A stretch of DNA of 64,000 nucleotides from Octopus bimaculoides (Eukaryota). Positions 50,421 through 63,160 of this stretch are shown here, in pieces. The translations under genes were made by a program, and so were the position numbers. The stretch lies in assembly GCF_001194135.2 (NCBI RefSeq), contig NC_068986.1, positions 113,851,992-113,915,991 of the forward strand. Reading direction: 5' to 3'. Positions within the stretch are counted from its first letter, which is position 1. Every line of letters begins with the position of its first letter. Below the pieces are notes generated by a model that did not search any database, was not told the origin of the DNA, and saw nothing but the letters and a program-made list of their open reading frames with translations.

Positions 50421-51586
50421 TGTAGAGTTTATCTTCAACCGGAAGTTCCCGCAGGTAATTCTGCCACAAAAGGACTAAATCATCTACAAAAATCTGTAAG
50501 CGTCCCGTAACATCTATGAAAGGGAGTGAAACATTTCTGAATGTAGTCATCGATATCACTAAACATTCATCTCATCTCAAACTGAACGCTTTCGATCATA
50601 GGCCAGCTGGTTCTTATTGGACACTGGCCTAAACAAAATTAACTATTATAATATCTAGATCAACGATCTGGACAAATATGGTGATTAACAACATTTGCTG
50701 ACGCCATTTTCATTCTTCTTGCCAGAACTTGAAGACAAATATCCATGTTATCACTTACCACTGATTCAGAAAAGGGTACATTGACTGATGTGATTCTAGG
50801 TACACTGTGACTTGGAAAAAGACGAAATAATAATTGACGAAAATTCTTTACCCAAGTTTCTCTGAATCATCGTTGACCAGTAACTAAGCAACAACAACGT
50901 TTTCGGTTGTTAAAAAGACAAGAAAGAACAACAAAATAATGAAAAGCTAAAAGAAAACCACATAATTTCTGCCACAATGCATTCAGTCCGGCAACGCTCC
51001 GGCAACGACCTATCTACCAATGGAATATTTTATCCGATTTCTTTCTCCATAAATTCTTCCTTTCCTTTGGGTCATTGCGACTCATGATCGATTCAGTTAG
51101 GGTATTCTTGAAATAATTGTAAAGTAAAATCACCACAAGATACAAACAACAACAACAACAACAACAACAACACCAGTAAAATATTCATCCAACAAATAAA
51201 GAACTTTGATTTAAAATATCTGACTTATAGAATATGCATTGCTGCTCCAAGCCATGTTTTTGCTTCATAACGAATACATAATGTATAAGATTTCCCTTGT
51301 GTAACGTGGCATTGCGTAATCTCAAGATTATGGTTTTGAAGATTTTCCTGTAGCGTTTCCTATATTTATATGTTTTCGTTCGGTTTGTTTTTGATATTCT
51401 GCCTCTATGTATATGTGTGCATATGTATGCATGTATGTATGCGTATGTGTGTAGGTTTTGGTGTATGTGTTTACGTGTGTTTGTTACTTGGTGTTTCCTT
51501 TTTGTTTCATCATCGGAATCCGGTGGTAAACTGCCGAAGCTTATGTTGTGCCCATGGGATAACGTATACTTGCATACTCTTAAACA

Positions 51587-51630
<44 letters not shown>

Positions 51631-51633
51631 GAA

Positions 51634-51697
<64 letters not shown>

Positions 51698-53161
51698 ACA
51701 TATACATACATATACCTATCCGTTTAGGTTGAAACTACATAGATTGCAACTATTAGTTTCACGTTTTACTGATTTTCAAGCAATCAAAGAAATAAAATAT
51801 ATTTTCTTATTTATATACGCGATAAATTATATAAAAAAACCTACCTTGAACAAGCATATTACAATGTAGAACTTTTTGATGTAGAGAAAACATTCTTCTA
51901 TAAACCAGTTAGTCCTTTTGATGTATCACGACAAAAATAAAGATTTTTTTTATTCACGTAAACTAAAGATTTTTTTTATTTTATAGCGTGAAATAATATA
52001 TTTACACGACTATTTGGGTTCCAGCCGTTAGATGATTTTAAATATTTTTACAAATAGCACTAAACATTTCTTTTACTTCTAGTCTCCGAAGATTCATAAA
52101 TAGTATAAAATTTTAAATGAAAGTAATATTAAATTTAGCTTCAGCTGAACATAAAATTTTGTCACAGAAATAGCACATATCAAACGTAAAAAGCAAAAAA
52201 AAAAAAACTTAACCAACCATCTAGATCGAATACTTCCCGTTTATATATGAGTTTCAACCACCGTAAATTATCCATTAAATAAATTATGCCTTTTTGAAAT
52301 CGAGAGTATATTGTACAAACTATTTACTGCTGATTATTCAGATTTCAGAGATTGTATGTGGCTAACTGCGAATATATTTAAGGAACGAGTTAATAAGCAT
52401 CAATACACCTTCAAAACTCTGGGGAGATGCGTGGACTTAAGTTAATGAAAATACTCAAGGTCTTTATAAAATGACGGTCAGATACATTATAATATAGCAA
52501 GGCTTATGAACAGAAAAAAATTAATATATTCTTCCATAAAACCTCTATCTCCAAACACAATAAATTTTGATATTTTTTCCTCACAAATAAAAATGTAAAA
52601 AAGGTTATATCACCTGACAAGTATAAATTTAACGAAATGCATTCCTGCATCCTCTAAAGAAAGAATTCTAAACTTTTCTTTAAGATATATTATAAAAATA
52701 AGCGGATCGGCGATTACCAACAATATGCATTAGTATTCTAGTGCTATCATTATTCAGCCATTTTCGCTATCTATGATGCGATTTAAATTATTATATAGAT
52801 TGCATGAAATCTGTAAAACGTGAAACCGATAGTCACAAATTGTGTAATATTGAGATAAAAAAAATACCAAATTATGATTTGAGTTCTAAATACATGTATA
52901 TAAAATTTTAAACACCTCTGTGATGTTTATGTTGCTTTGTATCACTTCTGAGTGTTGAATAGGGGAGTGTAAGAAAAGTCTTGAACGAAACATCAAGGAG
53001 AGCAGAAATCCAAAATGGCTGCGTACGAGTTAAAACTAATTAGAGAAACCATAATTATATCCTAAAGATTTAATGTTTCATAAAGGAAACTTTGATGGTC
53101 CGAATTCAGTAAATGGGCCGTCTCTTTGCTAAAACATTTTATCCGCATTATATGTGAGTTT

Positions 53162-53205
<44 letters not shown>

Positions 53206-53896
53206 CTGCGTGCGTGCGTGCGTGATTTTTGGTAAATTATATAATCGTTTGGCTAAGGCTTTGTTATAATTATTTGAGGATTCTATGAAGATCCTCATCA
53301 GCTGAGATTCGAAACTCTGATGTTCATTAGTTCACTATTAGTTAATTAGTATTTCTATGACGTCTGAAAAGTCTGAACATAATGTGAAACTTTTTATTTT
53401 TTCTTTGTTTCTGGTCTGGAGTTTGGACAACAAAAACGCTGTTTAAGTTCAATAAGCATCTCATAAATTGCTAACTACTTCATTGTTGTCGATATTAATT
53501 TTAAATCTATAGATTAAAAATAAACTGGAGGTTTTTCTCATTTTTTTAAGAGTGTACATAAGCAGAAGGTCGTTATCTCGGTGAAGGCTTCCATCAAGCA
53601 CTTTACTTAAGTTTTATAATTGGTATATTTCTATTATTATATCGCTTGTCTTTATAGAAACTTGAGCACTCATACTGATATCAAAATCTCGATGATTATA
53701 AAACCCTTCGAGCTCTCATAATGCATATTCGCTTCTTTGTAAGCACCATAATTTTTATTGCTATGTTATTTATTCAAGTGTAAAAAATCTAGCAAAGTTC
53801 AGAATATAAATAAAGTTAAAGTTACTGTCGAGTAATATTCATGTACATCATATTGAAGAAACAAACATTTTGTTTTATTGGTTTTGTATGTAAACC

Positions 53897-53941
<45 letters not shown>

Positions 53942-53951
53942 NNNNNNNNNN

Positions 53952-53995
<44 letters not shown>

Positions 53996-54689
53996 TTGTA
54001 TTGTGTGTTAGTTTATAGTCGTAGCATTGAAACTATTTTCCGTTTTGTAAGGAATTATTTTATATAATAATATGTTTTTACTAATTTGCCAATATCAGTT
54101 AATTTAGGCTTAATTAGGTGAATAGAGAATTTCTTTTTGAAGTTGTGTTTATGGACTTTAAAAGTAAAATATGTTAACTGCAATACAAGAGTTTCCATTC
54201 TATAATCAATAACTAATGCTGGTGTTATTTTTCTGTCTTTGAATGTTTATCTCATCTAATATACTTCACTTCACTATCACACAAGTTATTGGTAATAGAG
54301 TTAGCAATGGAATCTTTGCCTGTTTGTATGTCTATATCAATACAAACCTCTATTACTGTTATGTATGGATGTCTATAGCATTTATAAACCTCTTTTATAT
54401 TTAATATACTACTGTATCATATGCTACTGTTGCTTACCTCAAGGAAGCCTTTATAAATCCGTATTATTAGCCGATGTTATTTTTAATACTTGACAACATC
54501 CCATAAGGAGAGAAACTAGCAGATATTTGCAACATTAATTATATATTAAATACCATCATATCTTTAAGTATAATCAGAGGGGATTGTAAAATCTATGAAC
54601 TTACGTTGTTTCTGTATTATCGTGTCAGCCTTCTTGGTTCAATAGTATGGTTAGTATGTATGGCAAAATCCCAGAAATCCCTCTAATTC

Positions 54690-54990
54690 TCATTTTCTAT
54701 CTCTGCCTCTGGCACATGTTCTTACCAATTTTCTGTTGTTTTCGAAACCATGCACTCGGCTAATATCTCAAAACATTTCCCCCCGCACAGTCATATCTGC
54801 ATTTATACTCCATTTGTGTTAGTATATTGCACTCATTCCAAATGTGATTGATACTCTCATCAGCTTCCCTGCAGACTCTACATTTGTTGTTTGTGTTTTG
54901 CCGATTGTTACCTTTATCAGATTTGTTCTGAGAGGCTATACTAAGCGTTACTGTCTCTCGAGCCGAGTTCTTTATAATTTTGATGAAAAC
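54690..54990 (-). mobile_element. R4/Dong-like LINE fragment (CCHC zinc knuckle)
   Basis: Minus strand NKCRVCREADESINHIWNECNILTQMEYKCRYD...NW*EHVPE. Confidence 0.8.
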
Positions 54991-55019
54991 GCTCAGCTTA
55001 TTTTCCTGGGTATGATGAA

Positions 55020-56250
55020 AAGTGTCAGCTGTCCACAGCCAGCAGGTTAAGGTGGATCTTGTTCACTGATCATACTTCAATACCATGTGGAGAATCTTGC
55101 AGCTCCAAACAATGATGAGTTTTGTAGGGGTTCTATATTTACAAATGTACCCACCTTTTTGAGCCATGTTGGTAATTGAGTGCTGATGCTTCCAAGCACA
55201 TCGATTACTACTGTTATCAGTCCACACTCTTCATTACCAACACCCTGCATATTTCCCACTTGACATCTTCATAGTTGTTCACTTTTTTATTCTCTTCTTT
55301 GATCCTGTTGTCCCTAGATGTTAGGTCGACTTTCAGGCATGTTTTATCTTTCCTGTTCGCTACATTATCGGGTTTCCGATGTCTAATTGGATGGTCACAA
55401 TCATTGCATCTCAGAAGATTTTGCAATCTTCATTTTCAACAACTCCTTCTGAGATTTGCTCCTACGACGCCTGTAATCTTTCTAGACCATAATTTTCTCA
55501 CAGGTTCTAATGTATCATTCTTGCCACATTGGCATATCTTCTTCTGTATTCACACTGTACCAATTTCGGTATTCAATAATTATGTGCCATACCGTTTCAC
55601 CACTTTCGTCACACGTTCTACATATGTCAATCTTATTTGTCTTATCAATTCTTCACCTCACATAACTGTGTCATCATCGTTTGTTCTTCTACGGCGCAAA
55701 TAATTGTTTCTGTTATCCATAACCACTAGTCTCTGCATCCATAACCACCAGTCTTCTGTATCTGTCTTGAAGTTCGTATCTCTTGCAAACTTGCCTCTCT
55801 TTAGACTCATTATTCCGCACTTCTCGAGTCCGAATTCCATCTTAACATCAGCACTAAAGCAGTGAATCGTGTTCGCCAAGGAATGCAGTTGTACCTCATC
55901 TTTACCATACAACTTCAAAACATCCATAAAGAGGAAATGGTGATTCTTTGAGATTTTCCCTTTAACAGATATCCCAGGTTTATTTTTCTTTTCACCAAGT
56001 CTGGAGGATCATGCAAAATACAGAAAGTAAACGCAGATATTCTATTTCCTTCACAAATCCTTCTCCTGTTGCCCAGGGTGCCCAAATTTGTTTGCCTTCG
56101 CTTACAATCTTGAATTACCATTTTGTCTATCAATGATTGTTGTTTGCTACCTCGGTATCTCCTCTTACAACCTTTTTGTTCCGTTGGGAAAATGTCATTA
56201 TCATCAAGAAATTTGAACAATTCTCCTGCAACCCTTGTGACAGAAACTTC
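55020..56250 (-). mobile_element. Internally deleted R4/Dong-like LINE (RT + RLE pieces)
   Basis: EQKGCKRRYRGSKQQSLIDKMV, NHFLFMDVLKLY..MEFGLEKC, RKPDNV..E..KV.NYED, LQNSSLFGAAR; the 3' UTR resembles 172-240. Confidence 0.85.
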
Positions 56251-56667
56251 CATATTAATTGGAAGATAAAATATTGGCCTGTAATTGTGTTGTACCGTAA
56301 TTTGTTACGTACAATAAATAAGATGACCAGACAACAGTAAAAGCAATGTAGCGAACTAACAATTCTCTTTACGAACTAATGATCAATATTCCTTAGGAAC
56401 TAACCAACCGACATCGTCCGACTGTACTGCGAGCTAACACGAATTTCACTCGACTCTGAACTGTGAACTTTTAACTCACTCGGATCGTTATTAGTTATAC
56501 TTTACTGGGACGAGTCTATCTCCCGAAAGGGGGCGTCGTAACTTTCATCATGACAAATTGTCGGTAGCATTTCTTTTCAATGTAACATTCAAGCACACAA
56601 TTATTCCTCTTTTGGTCAACCACCCTGGAATTACTTCTGTTCCATGAATCAACGCATTTAATTACTC

Positions 56668-56677
56668 TTTATCATCA

Positions 56678-56708
<31 letters not shown>

Positions 56709-56808
56709 TTTGGTTTGACTCAGTTTAGGTCTTATTCCTGGTAGGATTTATGTGGGTAACCTTAGGCATCCATAAGTTTTCAGTTGTCTTTCAAGTACTC
56801 AGAATCAT
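56668..56808 (-). mobile_element. Short LINE-type 3' terminal fragment between (TTA)n tracts
   Basis: About 100 bp of unique sequence bracketed by (TTA)n like the other Dong-type stubs; no second copy in the window. Confidence 0.4.
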
Positions 56809-56809
56809 C

Positions 56810-56814
<5 letters not shown>

Positions 56815-56845
<31 letters not shown>

Positions 56846-57850
56846 GAGTGAGAGATCAGTGCGTGCCATCGAAGTGACACTGGGGTAAACCATACGAAAC
56901 CCAGTATAGCCATCATCACTACCCGTCTGATAAGGGTACACCAGGCACATGCATCACAACCATATGTGCGAGACATGGTGATCTCATATCAAGATAAACA
57001 CCGCATGACCTTGCAGATGGGGCCCAGTTAGAATTTTCATCCCGCTCAAAAGATCCCTGAATAAGTGTTGTCGAATAAGGTTGTTGAACGAAACAACCAT
57101 GTTTCCAGTAGTGAATTATCCAAACTCAAAAAATTTTTTCTCCACACATGGCTATGTTGCTCCCCCAGTTCTTCTGCTCATGAACAGAGATGCACATATC
57201 GTCAGCCACAAAGGGACATGCTCAACTGGTTAAGGTCAAACAACTGACTAGCAGATATCAAGCAGAATATTTGCTGGAGCCCATCTTTTATAAAAAGATA
57301 AAATATACATGATAATGATTCCTTCAGACAGACTTTACGGAATATCCGTGTAGTTCCAAGTAAAGCCGATTTTTTGCAATACACCTAGATTGTAGGGTAT
57401 TTGTTGAGTTTCCGGAAGCTTCTTCGTGTTGGGTCATATTGAACCCAATGCTCCGATGACTCTCGTAGCTGCCACATCTTCACGCTCTCAATTCTCGCGT
57501 CTCCATATTTATCAACCTTTTCTCTTTCTTTCATGATGATATGTTGACCTCCTGGCATTACCATGGTGATTATTAGGTACTCTAAGACGACGAACTGGCA
57601 GAAACGTTAGAACACCGGGCGAAATACATAGCAGTTTTTCGTCTGTCCTTACGTTCTGAGTTCAAATTCCACCGAGAAGACTTTGCCTTTCATCCTTGCG
57701 GGGACGATAAATTAAGTACCAGTTGCTTACTGGGGTCGATCTAATCGACTGGCCCCTCCCCCTAAATGTCGGGCCTTGTGCTTAGAGTAGAAAAGATAAT
57801 TAGGTACTCTTGTTTGTCCCTCCAAAAGTCGGTGTACGACCCTCGTGGGA
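56815..57850 (-). mobile_element. 5'-truncated R4/Dong-like LINE with a long 3' UTR, interrupted by a SINE
   Basis: Removing the SINE restores DKQEYLIITMVMPGGQHIIMKEREKVDKYGD, then KKSALLGTTRIFRKV. About 480 bp 3' UTR and (TAA)n tail. Confidence 0.88.
57583..57798 (+). mobile_element. SINE family A inserted into the LINE, about 12-bp TSD
   Basis: ATTAGGTACTCT at 57572-57583 and 57799-57810. Confidence 0.92.
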
Positions 57851-58892
57851 CGAATCGTCGGCAGCTGTTGTTCTCTTGAGAGAAAGCATCAAAACTGCAT
57901 TATATAGAATTCAAATAAGTGATTGATCTTATATTAATCTTGCAGTTTTAGTATGGCTGTTTATCACTGTATCATGTCTGTTGGACATTCTAATAATAAA
58001 CACTCCATATTTTTACATGTCGAGGCCTGTAATATCCACCCTTCTTACATTTGTTACGTCTACAAAACATGATTTGAATGAATTTAGCTTTTATTTCTAG
58101 TAGGGCCAACGACCACATGAATGTTACCTGGCTTATTATTGTTGTTGTTGTTGTTGTTGTTATTGTTAAAGTATTATAATAGAAAAGCACTTTGGTTAGC
58201 ACTTAAAAAGTAAGAACTGTTTAGTGAAACACTTTAAATTTCGAAGTATCTTACTTCCGGTATATTAAAGCACCGCACTAGACTCGTCACATTGATTTCC
58301 GAATATATGACAACCTACAAATCCTTTTATAATATCCCTCCTCCCCAACCTCTCTCTCTCTCTCTCGTTCACTCACACACTCTCTTTCTTCGTTACCTTC
58401 TTTGTCCTTTTATTTCTTCCTCTTTCTGTATATATCTATGCTTCTATATTTTATATATATACATTATATATTTTTCTACCAGTATTTTCCTCCGGCATTC
58501 ACTGTATATCTCTCTCACACCTTCTCCCTTTTTTCTTTCCCTCTCTCTTTCTCTCCCCCTCTCCTCCTGTCATACTCCGTTTGGCTCCCACCATGCACAC
58601 ATACTTAAGTTCTAATATTAGATTCGATTAGGTGACAAGATGAATGCCCTGTAGTGTTTATTTAAACGTCTCTTTGATTCCCGAGTTCAAATTCGCCTCC
58701 ACCAGTTGGACATTTCATGCTGCTACCGATAAATACATGTTTACATGATACACACAAACACACTCTAAAACATAGCGCCACAGCACCGTCATTATAAGAG
58801 AATGAATGAAACTAATTGCATTAAAGACTACAGAAATGTTGCATTATTTTCCGAATCTCAATCAGTAAATATGAACCAAAATACGAGAACAA

Positions 58893-59146
58893 GGAATGAG
58901 AAATATCTTACTCAAAGGTTGAACATTCAGAGAAATGTAGCTTAAATTTTTCGTCTAGGAGTTTAATTCATGTTGTACAATTATTGCTTGGTATTTGAAT
59001 TATTAACTGGATTCAGTGATTAGAATATGGCCATGCTGGAACTATTTCAGTCTGTTTATATCCTTTCTCATATAAATATACATATAAAGAAATAATTAAG
59101 ACTCAGTTGAATTAAGTACTTAAATTCAACTCAGTCTTAATTATTT

Positions 59147-59192
<46 letters not shown>

Positions 59193-59378
59193 GAAAGGAT
59201 ATAAACAAACTGAAAGAGTTCTAGCATAGCTATATTCTAATTACTGAATCTAGTTAATAATTCAAAATATCGTGGAACACCAAGCAATAATTGTACAACA
59301 TGATTCAATTTCTTAGACGAAAAAATTAAGTTACGTTCCTCTGTATGTTAAACCTTTGAGTAAGATATTTCTCACTCC
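58893..59378. repeat. Large spacerless palindrome (fold-back), arms about 225 and 260 bp
   Basis: Centre AAGT|ACTT at 59117/59118. The left arm aligns to the reverse complement of the right arm along its whole length. Confidence 0.95.
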
Positions 59379-59889
59379 TGACACACCATGCAGCGTGAGA
59401 ACTTCAGATGCATGCATAAAGAATGTAATTATTTTAGTCTCTTGTACTGATGAAAATTTGCTAAAACAATAATGGTTTATTCTTAATATTGGAAATCTAT
59501 ATAGTCGTCTGCATGCGACGAGAACAGTTTATTTCAAACTGATGTAATGTTTTCATTAATCGATTAAATGAAGCCGCTTGAAACGGCTGTAATGCACTGA
59601 TACCCATACATCCTTGATATTTATTTACCTTACTTCGACATGCACAGCAAGTCAGCCAACTTTACCGATTGCCTGATTTGTTGCTAAAGGTGCATGTTGT
59701 CATGTAACATTAAAACGAACGTGAGTGGTTTGCAGTATTTTGACCCGTTTCTTCTTAATGGCTTCAAGATTTTGAGTGGTTGAATTTCCTGCTTACCCTT
59801 CACAGTTTATTTACTTTCCAGGAACTGAAAGTCAAGTACGCCCTTGACATTAATGAATAAATAAATAATTAAATAAATACAATAGTCAG

Positions 59890-60280
59890 CATGAAGAGGT
59901 GTTATGCTATTGCATAGATTTAGTATTCCATGTTGCTAGAAGGAGGCAAAAACGTGTCTTCATCGACTTGAGAGGGTCCGAGCAGATCAGAGCAGACTCC
60001 ACTCTGATCTCCAACAAATCGGAAGTAAACTGCTGCGTTATCCACTTTCCATACATTTTGCAATCCTCAACATTTTCCACCACTTACCGCAATGGACAAA
60101 GGTCAAAATTCATTAGTGCATCCAACTCACGGATTGTATCTCTCTTATCCAAGCGAATCAATTCATCAAATCGCTGGTGATTCGTGTTTATGTATGCAGT
60201 TGGACTTCCCATGCTGCATGGTTTGTCATATTATCCACCGATGAAACTGCAACGGGATGCTCGATAGAACTTTCGAGCAA
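59890..60280 (-). mobile_element. mariner-family transposase remnant
   Basis: GSPTAYINTNHQRFDELIRLDKRDTIRELDA...KMYGKWITQQFT (cf. GRP...LI..DRR.TIREL...WVP..LT). Confidence 0.7.
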
Positions 60281-60294
60281 CGAGGACTTTTGAG

Positions 60295-60460
60295 AGGGAT
60301 GCTCAACTAATTAAGGTCAAACAACTGACAACCAAATATGTTGTATTGAGCAGAATATTTGCTGTGTTTGCCCATCTTTTATACCAAGACAAAACAATGT
60401 ACATGATAACGCTTTCAATCAGAAGCCATGAGAGCCCCTGCCTAGTACTGCATCCGGGCA
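60295..60460 (-). mobile_element. Piece of the long LINE 3'-UTR element
   Basis: Matches 57220-57310 and 25530-25623; ends at CATCCGGGCA followed by (TTA)n. Confidence 0.85.
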
Positions 60461-60475
60461 ATCATTATTATTATT

Positions 60476-60585
60476 CGGGGTTGATAAAATAAGCACCAGT
60501 CAAACACTGGGATCGATATAATCGCCTGCTCCCCTCCATACAACACATTTCAGCCCTTATACCTATAGTAGGAAGGGTTACTTTA
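60476..60585 (+). mobile_element. SINE family A 3' fragment
   Basis: GGGGTTGATAAAATAAGCACCAGT...CACTGGGATCGATATAATCG. Confidence 0.7.
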
Positions 60586-61250
60586 ATGTGCTGATAATGT
60601 CGGAGTATATTTATTGTGTGGCGCAGTAAAGGAGTGTTGAGGTGTTGGCATAGCTCTGAGGCTGTGCTATAGTGTTGTCATGTTGTGGCAACGTTCTGGT
60701 GTTGTAGTGGCGTATTTTGCATTGCAGTGGTGTTGCAGCATGGTCAGTGTTGCAGTGTTGGTTATTGTTGCATAGTGTGGCGCTCTGATGGTGTGATTGT
60801 GTTGTTGGCTGTGACATTGTAGTATGTGTTGTTTGTTCAGGTATTCCTGTGCTCTGCAAACGCGGCCGTATTGTGGCGTGATAGTGTTGTAGTTGTGACG
60901 GTGTGACCTTTTGCGGAAAGGTGGTGGTAGTGGTGGTTGTAGTGTTATGGTCTGCTGTTTCTATGGTGTATCGATGTACTGGTGCAGTGGAGGGATGGTG
61001 GGTGGGTGTATTATGGTGTCATGGCGTCGAACTGTTGTGTTGCAGAATATTGACGTCTTGCAGAAGGAAGCCGATAGTCTCGTAGTGTGCTAGTGTGACT
61101 ATGTGGTGACGTAGTTTTCTTGTAGTAGGATGATGTTGTAGTGTCATAGTACGGTTGTAGTGGTCTTGTTAGTGGTGGTGACGGTTGTGGTGGTGGTGGT
61201 GTTGGAGTTGTTGTTGTTGTTGTAGGTGGTGGTGGTGGTGGTCACAATTG

Positions 61251-61284
<34 letters not shown>

Positions 61285-61829
61285 AAAAGTGTTGTATTTT
61301 GATTAAATGATTGTAGGGATTTTGCAGTAGCAGTAAGGGGGTGGGGGTCTGGTGTGGTGGTCATGTGCTGAGTTGGCAATGATGACTATGTGATATAGGG
61401 CACCAGTGGTGATGTAGTGAGATAACGAAGGTGGTAGGGAGGGGGTGGCGCAGACCAAGGGAGGAGAGATTTAGCGACGACCACAAGAAAAAAACGTTAA
61501 TCGAAGCCAACTGAAGCAAATAACAAGGAAATCAATGCGAAAGGTTATTTGCATATTTAATTAAATTTCTATTTTCTATCGAACAATAATACCTGAGCTC
61601 ATAAAATAATGCTCTAACTCATACGCACTGGGACACACGCACACACACACAGACATATACATACACACTCACATACAAATCCATACACACACATAAACAC
61701 ACACACGTACATACACACAAATACACGCACAAAGTGATACAATGAAATAAATACATACATACGCACGAAAGGAAAGTAAATATTTAATATATATATATAT
61801 ATATATACAGAAACACACACACACACACA

Positions 61830-61913
<84 letters not shown>

Positions 61914-62520
61914 CATACACATACTCGCACACATACATATGTTTTTATATGTTTAAAAAAATTTTTGAAATAGAAACAAAAAACAAAAAATGCTATTAAA
62001 CGAAACAAGGCCATCCATATTCCAGTAAAATAATATTAAGTGTAGTATATAGTGTTCGTTCAGCTAATAATGTCTCTGTAAGTGAATGTGTGTGTGTATA
62101 TGTGTGCGTGTGCGTGTGTGTGTGTGACTGTGTGTATGCGCGCGTGCGAATATGTGTCTATGCGTGTGTCGGATATTTCTAGAGCTTGGTAAAAATGCTT
62201 CTGTTTCTGAGCTTCAAAATCACAACGCTAACAGTGAGAGTCGTGAAGGAGGTTGATATATAATGATAAGTTGCCTAATTTTTAAAGATGTATATTTAGT
62301 CAGTGTGTTACATATCCAAGTGCTCCGATAATTAGAGTTATAAACCTGAACTTGTAATCCGGATAGAGTAACTGCAGATTTCTCAATAGTTCAGCATAAG
62401 TGTTCTCGTGTTCTCTGATCTTCAGTTTTATGTTAACATCCGCACACAGTTTCTCTTCTGTATCTCAAATTGTTATGCCAATGTATGTATGTATGCATGT
62501 ATGTATGCATGCATGCATGT

Positions 62521-63160
62521 CTCTTCTATTTCTTAATTATTATAAATCTTCCACTGAGGAGGGAGCCGGTTTCCAACAAAGATTCGAGGCTCCAGTTTTG
62601 GGATGTAATTAACACAGACAAATTCACATTTGGAACTTGAGAAAAGTCTTGCATATTCTTACTGTCCCACTCACAGATTGCACTTGTAATGTACGAATCA
62701 GCCGGTTGATTTCTCTTTCTGAAAATCCCAGTTTATCCAGATTCTCCTTTAAGTGTTTACTAACCAAACCTCATGCTCCAATTATTATTGATATGAATAC
62801 GAATTCAAAGTCGGGATATAGAAGCTGAAGGTTTCGAAGCAGTTGTCCATAGATATTCTGTTTTTCTTTAACTTTGAAAGAGATATTTATATCTGCAGGA
62901 CAGCTAACCTCCATGATGGTACATACTTTTGCCCCTTTGTCCCAAACAACAATATCTGGCCTGTTATGCTTACATTTGACATTGGGAATATTCCAGCAGT
63001 ATTCCTTAAGTTGGTGTTTATGAATGTGTTCCATAACAGAGGGATTTTCTAAATTTATTTCAGGACAGTCTTTTTGCGAATGGCATTGTAAATTGATTTA
63101 GCAAAAACATCGTGCCTCATAGAGAGGTAGTACTGTGACGACATTTTAGGATAGCTGCTA
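62521..63160 (-). mobile_element. RLE-LINE subfamily Y, 5'-truncated
   Basis: YLSMRHDVFAK, HNRPDIVVWDK...IMEVSCPAD.N...KVKEKQNIYGQL, IIIGA*G, SGTVRICKTFLKF*; (ATGT)n at 62481-62520 and from 63161. Confidence 0.9.

Noticed and set aside
53270-53312. CTGATGA plus hairpin on the minus strand (hammerhead look-alike)
   Set aside because: The hairpin is followed by TCAAA rather than GAAA, and no stem I/III can be formed.
59557-59566. TAATCGATTA paired-class homeodomain palindrome; also the ATTTGCAT octamer at 61547-61554
   Set aside because: Single short motifs are expected by chance in 64 kb of AT-rich DNA.
60640-60670. GTTGGCATAGCT resembling the 3' end of miR-31
   Set aside because: The seed region does not match, there is no hairpin partner, and it lies in a GT-rich low-complexity tract.
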